From the NCBI GenBank assembly GCA_964276515.1, contig OZ193909.1, positions 11,842,001-11,906,000 of the forward strand: DNA of 64,000 bases, read 5' to 3'. Positions within the stretch are counted from its first letter, which is position 1; every line of letters starts with the position of its first letter. The translations under genes were made by a program, and so were the position numbers. Positions 58,001-64,000 of the stretch are shown here, piece after piece. The DNA comes from Gordius albopunctatus. Its lineage: Eukaryota. A model generated the notes under the pieces. That model did no database searches, had not been told where the DNA came from, and saw only the letters and a list, made by a program, of their open reading frames with translations.

Positions 58001-61000
58001 TAATTAATTTTTCATTTTTTTAATCGTCGTGGTTTAATATATAATATTTGATAAGTTCTAAATATACTCAATTAATTATATCCGAAAAATTAAAAAAATC
58101 AATTTTTAAAAAGTTTGATTATATTAGCGAGCTTTAGGAAGAGTTTTTAAAAACAAACACGTCAATAGTTAGCTAGCATACCAAGGAGCGATTTAATAAA
58201 AAGAGCAAAATTACTTTATTATTATGTAATCATATTTTTGATTACTTTAATACACATCCAGTTAAAGGGTTTTCTTTTGCAATTTAGCCGAAATTTTTAG
58301 GGTCCACGAAGAATTGACCAACTGTATGGGGCAATATAAATTGCTTATCGCCACTCAAAATTTATCTAAGCCATCTGAAGGCGATCTCCTTGATGATCGA
58401 AGTTATGGATTAGTAGCCCCTGACGTTACCCCTATGTCACTGCTGGACGATAGCAAAAACATTGGTAAGCTATTTTTAAAATATTTAATTGTTATGGTAG
58501 TTTGAAAATTTGTGAAAATAATAATATATCTTTTTACCGCTGCGTTTTATCAATAGTAGGCTCTCTCTTGCCAATTTTTCCTGAATCGAGGAATATCTTA
58601 AAAATACGTATGAAATTATTTTACAAAGTCTACCATCATCATTAACACTACTAACCTCAATTCGACTTTAATTGTGATTTGAGACATGTTTTAGAAATTT
58701 ATAATGTGATTGTTTGATTTTTTTGAACCTTGGTGTTTTAATATTTATTTTATGCACTTTTGCATCATATATGAACCTGGCTGTGATTTCCCATATTTGA
58801 GATTGTCAATTTGCTCAATTTAGTTAATTAGATAAAAGCCTAAATTGCACCCTATTTCTTTGACACGTCATTAAATGTCCAAAATACTGGCCCCACATGA
58901 CGCTCATTATGCTTATCCTAAATGTTCGGTATAAGTTTATCTAAAATCTTAGTCTTTCTATTCTAACTACTAAATCTTCGTTCATAACATTAATAACAAT
59001 GTGTCAAAGTTTATTCTTTCTGAAAAATGAAATACCCCCTCTGTCAATGAGGTGCAGGCTGAAAATAGTTTTTTTTATTATATTCAAACAACAAAATTTC
59101 TCACCAAAATCATTTTTATTGATTACTAAAAAATTTAATCCCCTCCTTCCATCTTGCATTAAAGCCACTATTTTATCGGGTCCCCAACTTAAGCATTTTG
59201 AGTTAGCGCTTTCAAATTTCATATGCACGCTTCATGAGATGACTTATCCTATAATATATTAACCTTAACACGTAATTTTAATATTTCGTAAAATTTTAAC
59301 ATGTATGTTAAATATGCCTAAAAATCATCATGACATAGCATGGTAAATGTTGTATTAAAAAAATTTTAGTACAGAGGGTTTACGAAACAAAATTTTCTCA
59401 AATTACCGGATATATGTGAATATTTCTTCTATACCTATGGTTAGATGACCTTCGCGAGATATTTGGTGTGATCCCGAATTCCCCTTCACCATATCTAAAC
59501 ACATCGACCGCCCCTGAAAGAGTCACGTCTACGGGGGAAATGGCTCAAGCTCAGATCAAGGATTTTGCAAGCCCAACTCCGATTCCCTTGACCATTACAC
59601 CAGCCCCCAGTCAGAAATTTAGTGATCATTCCATAATAGACGATTCCACATTACTAGATCCCCGAGACATATCTAGTAAGCTTTTAGTTTTAAGGTTAAC
59701 GACCATAGATAGATTTTACTTTTTTTATACGTACTTGTTTCGTTCCTAAAAATGTTTTTCAGGTTTTTAACGCCTAAACGACCGGTGCTTTTTAGTTATG
59801 CATTTTTTACATCAACCTTATGTAAAGAAACACCATTGCCCCATTAGTGTTGGTGGTTGGTATAAATAAAAATGGCGTGAATCAGATTAGAGGAGCACTT
59901 AGATGGAATTGCATGGCGTTATAAAATTATTTATGCAAGAATGACATTATTTCTGTTTTGATTGTAGTATAATATAACTAGCATTTTCCTGTAAATAAGT
60001 CAATACGATTCTAAGTTTTGGCATTTCTGTCGCTTAAAAATTACGCCAGCGATTAAGATCTTTTAAATGTCCTTAACTGGTTTAACTTATAAGTTCATTT
60101 AGTGTTGTTAAATTAATTATCAATTCCTTTTGCTGCTCCAAGTTTGCTCATCTCCAAATGCATCGTCTTCCAACATTCCTCTGAATCAAGGATTGATTAC
60201 GGACTTGATGTCGTTGGAATCAGCGCCATCTCATCCTACCCTGAACAATTCAACATGGGTAATTATTAAGTAAGGGGTGTAGACCGCCCTATTTGGGGCA
60301 TATATTGACAAACTAAACGCTATTCATCTTGCATTGGGGAAATCAATGGTAAACTTACGTATGGAACTAGGTTATTCGATTGGTGATGTTCTCATTAATC
60401 TTTTTTCCATAACTTTTGCAATCTCTACTGCACAAGCTCTCATATTGACAACACTTCTCCCAAAATGGCGCTTCTAGGTACTTAATATATTCCAATGCAA
60501 AAATCGGCTGTTCGCCAGTTTATTACATTACTACTACTACCTACTAGTATTGTAAATGGCTGGGTTTTGTTTAGTTGACCTCTAAGCTTAGTTGAAATTT
60601 GGAAAACAGATTAGAGTCTAGCGTTGGCCTTAATAAAACTCACCAGACAGAACCCAGCTGTTTTTACAGCACTACTACTTACGTATCTTCTATTGCTGGA
60701 AGAATGAAATTTCTAGATAAGTTGCTTTTTAGGGTTTGCATATTGCCTTTGTATAATGTATCATTTCAAATAGGTCATTCTTAATTTATTGATTAATGGA
60801 TTTGCAAAAAGTCTATAATATGGTTAGGTCAAGTCATTTTTTATATTTATTTATTTAAATAGACTGTATGTGTTTGCACTAAGATGAATAAAGAAGTAGC
60901 CTAACGACATTTCTCTTATACCTTTTCTTAATGTAGGTGGTTAAATGACCACTAAAATGGAAATTTAGAGAAAGACTTTGTAGTCAATTGGGTTAGGCAT

Positions 61001-63640
61001 CAATTTATTGTTAATTTAGAACTCAATAATGAGCGTTTAGTTAATTGCACTTAAAACAAATTACTCAATTTTTTATTGCACATTTTTCACGAATTCTTCA
61101 TATCGTCTTTGCAATATCCAATCAATTTGATATCCTTTCCCATACAAAACCCTGGCATTTAACCTCTTGATCATTAAAATCAAAAATTTACTCGTCAACT
61201 GCTAAATAATAATCTATCGATAATTTTTATTTTTTTGTTTTGAAATAATGGGGGGGGGATATTTATACAGTCAACAAAATTAACAATAATTTTTTAGCAA
61301 TATAATTTTTAACATTTCTATCTTATCAACTATTTAGACCAACCCCAAAACGCTCAAAAATCAGTTAACCCCTGCTATGATACCCCGCCAAATACGAGAA
61401 CTTGCCACCGGTATAGTGTTTTTATATTTAAAAGTCCAAATAAATTCATATATGATCTTTACAAGCAGTGAGGCCTGTTTAATTACGAGTTTAAATAATG
61501 GGACAATTTTGCCCCTAATTTTATATACAACTTTGTATATTTAATAGCATTAATCGTTGGTGATGTGACCACTTTTCATTTAAGAACGACTCAGACTTAA
61601 AAATTATAATTTTTAATGTTTTATATTTTTGGTTTTGTCGATACAACTCTGCCATTTTTAACGCCAACTTTTATCGTGCTATTTCATTTAATTGTATCAA
61701 ATTCAATATATGAAAAGGTGTCAATGCTCCTAAAATAATTAATTTAGCAAAATGCGTTTAAATTTTGAATCATGTTTCAACTATTTATATGTTTTTAAAT
61801 AAAAATATATTTTAAAAATATTTATTTGATATAAAAACAACACATTTGTTAAATTAATGGAAATACCTCCGTTTAAAATTGCCCGAAATCAATTTAAATT
61901 AATTCCTGGTAAACATATTTTTTTTGGGTTGGTGTTATATTTTCATTCAATTTTAAAAATTTGATAGAGACTGTAGGAAAAGTGAGCAAATTGTTTGTTG
62001 AAATAGAATAGTACTAATTGACGTTGAACTAGAGTCCTCCAGGAAAACACTTTATGTCAATTGTTTCAACCCCAACTCAGTTCAATCTTTTTTCTTTTAA
62101 AATCGGATCTTTTTAAAATGTCAAGCGGGCTTTTGGGTGACATGTAGGCTCTTCTTTGAACTAAATAAATCATTGCAAAAAAGAGAACTTTTTTGTTTTA
62201 AAAATAAAAACAAATCTTTAGTTTGAGTATAACCATATCAATTTTTAAATGGGTAAGTCAGGCCAAGCTTTTTTTGCCTTAACTGAATACCATTTTTATT
62301 TGATGGGAAGCAAGCCATTTTAATATAGGAGGCGAACCAGAAATGCCAGAGAGATTAAGAAATGGTTAATATTAACTTATAATGAGAGTAAATAGAAAAT
62401 GCATTAATATTCGGTCAAAAGTAATCAAAATAAAAACAAAAGGAGAAGAAAAGCTAAATTAAATACCCAAACCAGAATCTTTTTAGACCTTATATCATTT
62501 TTACATTAGTTTTATTTTTTTAACATTGACTCAGGAGATAAAAAAGTGTCGTCAAAAATATCGTTAAACACGAGGCCCGTGTCACGTCCCCTCTCTTCTC
62601 TCAAAGATTTGGACGATCTGACGCAATTAGCGATGAGCAAAAGTTTAACCGACATCAAGCCTAACCCCCAAACGTGAGAAGTTTTAAATAATTGACTTTG
62701 AAAAAGGGAAGCAAGAAACCTAATTTGAGAATTCTTATATGTTTAATGGAATAATCATTTAAATTATAAAAAGATTCAAAATCTTAACTTAAATACATTG
62801 TTTGAATTTTATATAAGATGTACCCTTCATAGTGCTTTTTTAAATATTTTTTTAATATTTGTCTAAGTTATACAAGGCTGTATGTCGAAATCTAGCTAAG
62901 CTTTTTTGTCTCATATATCGATCGATTCGTTACGTGTGTGAATTTCGTTTTAATTCTCCTCAACTTTGAAATATGTTTTTTTAAGTTCTCTAACTAAACC
63001 GGCCCGAATGATGACCATAAATGACGAGGCAGATATATTATTAAATTATAGGCTGTTGTCTGTGCCTGTTATTGGTTAAGATATGACGTTAACAATTTCA
63101 TAAAAACAAGTTTTTAATATATTTCAAAAGCTAAAATAAGGTAACTAAAATTAGGCCTTAATTCATAAAGGAAAAATGATAAAGAGCTGTCTGTTTTATT
63201 ATAAGTTATCTACCCGGGCGCAGCTGAGATATGTATTACAGCAAAGGGCTTTATAAATATCTGATTATAAGACAAATTTGGGGTCGGATATAATGATATG
63301 TGTAACAAATTAGATAATATTATGAATTAATATGGGTTTTTTTACACTTATTTGTATTCGTTTATGGACATGATAATGATTAAATATTTTGCAATTTTGA
63401 TTATCAGATCGTTCGTTCCATCTACCATCACTAACATGTTAAACGATGAAGGATGTTGCCTGGATACACTTGCAGAACCAGGCGAACACAAAGATAAAGA
63501 AGCTACGTCGGGGGAAAATGATTTATCAATTTCAACGCAAATTAATGAGAAAATATCGATCCCCAAAACGGAGAGCAAGCCATCGACCGTTGAAATGTTT
63601 AGAGAACTACGCATCCCTTTGAACGAGCTATTGCCAGAAG
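55043..63640 (+). CDS. GGA1: ADP-ribosylation factor-binding protein GGA (VHS-GAT-hinge-start of GAE); continues past window end
   Basis: Exons read by eye: 55043-55085, 55123-55283, 55322-55420, 55489-55635 (VHS: ...FHKEIGMFRFLNNMIKLISPKYLG...KIKEAYQMLQQQ); 57007-57087, 57142-57222, 57575-57709, 57902-57983, 58288-58464 (GAT: LLKSKCPEDLHEANQLIK, NVQLLNEM, ELYNTC); 59445-59675, 60143-60258, 61338-61410, 62535-62673, 63408-63640 (hinge; IPLNELLP = GAE start). All are GT-AG and phase-consistent. Hinge exons are less certain, and the paralog number is nominal. Confidence 0.88.
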
Positions 63641-64000
63641 GTATATTGTTTATTGAGAACAACCATTATTTCATAATAATCTTACATATATAGGATTGAG
63701 GAGGTTAAGGAATTAGAACTTTGCACGGAATAAGCTAGGTTACAATAAATAAATATTCCTCTATTTGTGTTTTTGTAATGCGAAAATTGTTTTGGATCCG
63801 GCAGGTTAAAGTTTTTTAATTTATGTATATTTTGCGCAGTGGGTTGCTCCACTTCCACGTTGTATGACGAGCACAACTTCAAGATATTGATGTGCAAAAC
63901 TGCAAACGTCCCCGTCCCCGCTTCCAAAGTTTTCACCCTAACTCTCATAAACACCAACACCCGACCCATCACCGATATCCATTTTACCGTCCAAAGCGTC

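Noticed and set aside
63682..63972. 96-aa minus-strand ORF, possibly a BEL/Pao protease-region relic in a GGA intron
   Set aside because: Only a vague LPDP.F similarity and it runs to the window edge; not enough to call.

Overview
AT-rich eukaryotic (animal-like) genomic DNA, not prokaryotic. Two spliced host genes lie on the + strand. One is the 3' part of a heparan sulfate 2-O-sulfotransferase gene (<1-34682): five exons split by two very large TE-filled introns (about 17.7 and 16.1 kb) and two tiny ones. The other is the 5' part of a GGA clathrin adaptor gene (55043->63640; VHS, GAT, hinge, start of GAE). Almost everything else is nested transposable elements: three RTE LINEs (two with uninterrupted 984-995 aa APE+RT ORFs), several Gypsy LTR remnants, a Penelope-like element interrupted by a PIF/Harbinger, head-to-tail Helitrons inside a decayed hAT, many hAT derivatives and MITEs, a P-element derivative, a piggyBac MITE and a hAT-type foldback with inverted minisatellite arms. 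The most notable hidden signal is a twister-ribozyme-like motif at the exact 5' end of the full-length RTE, with compensatory base changes. Minimal hammerhead motifs also occur, one in the Penelope 3' end. All calls come from reading and translating the sequence by eye; no database searches were run.
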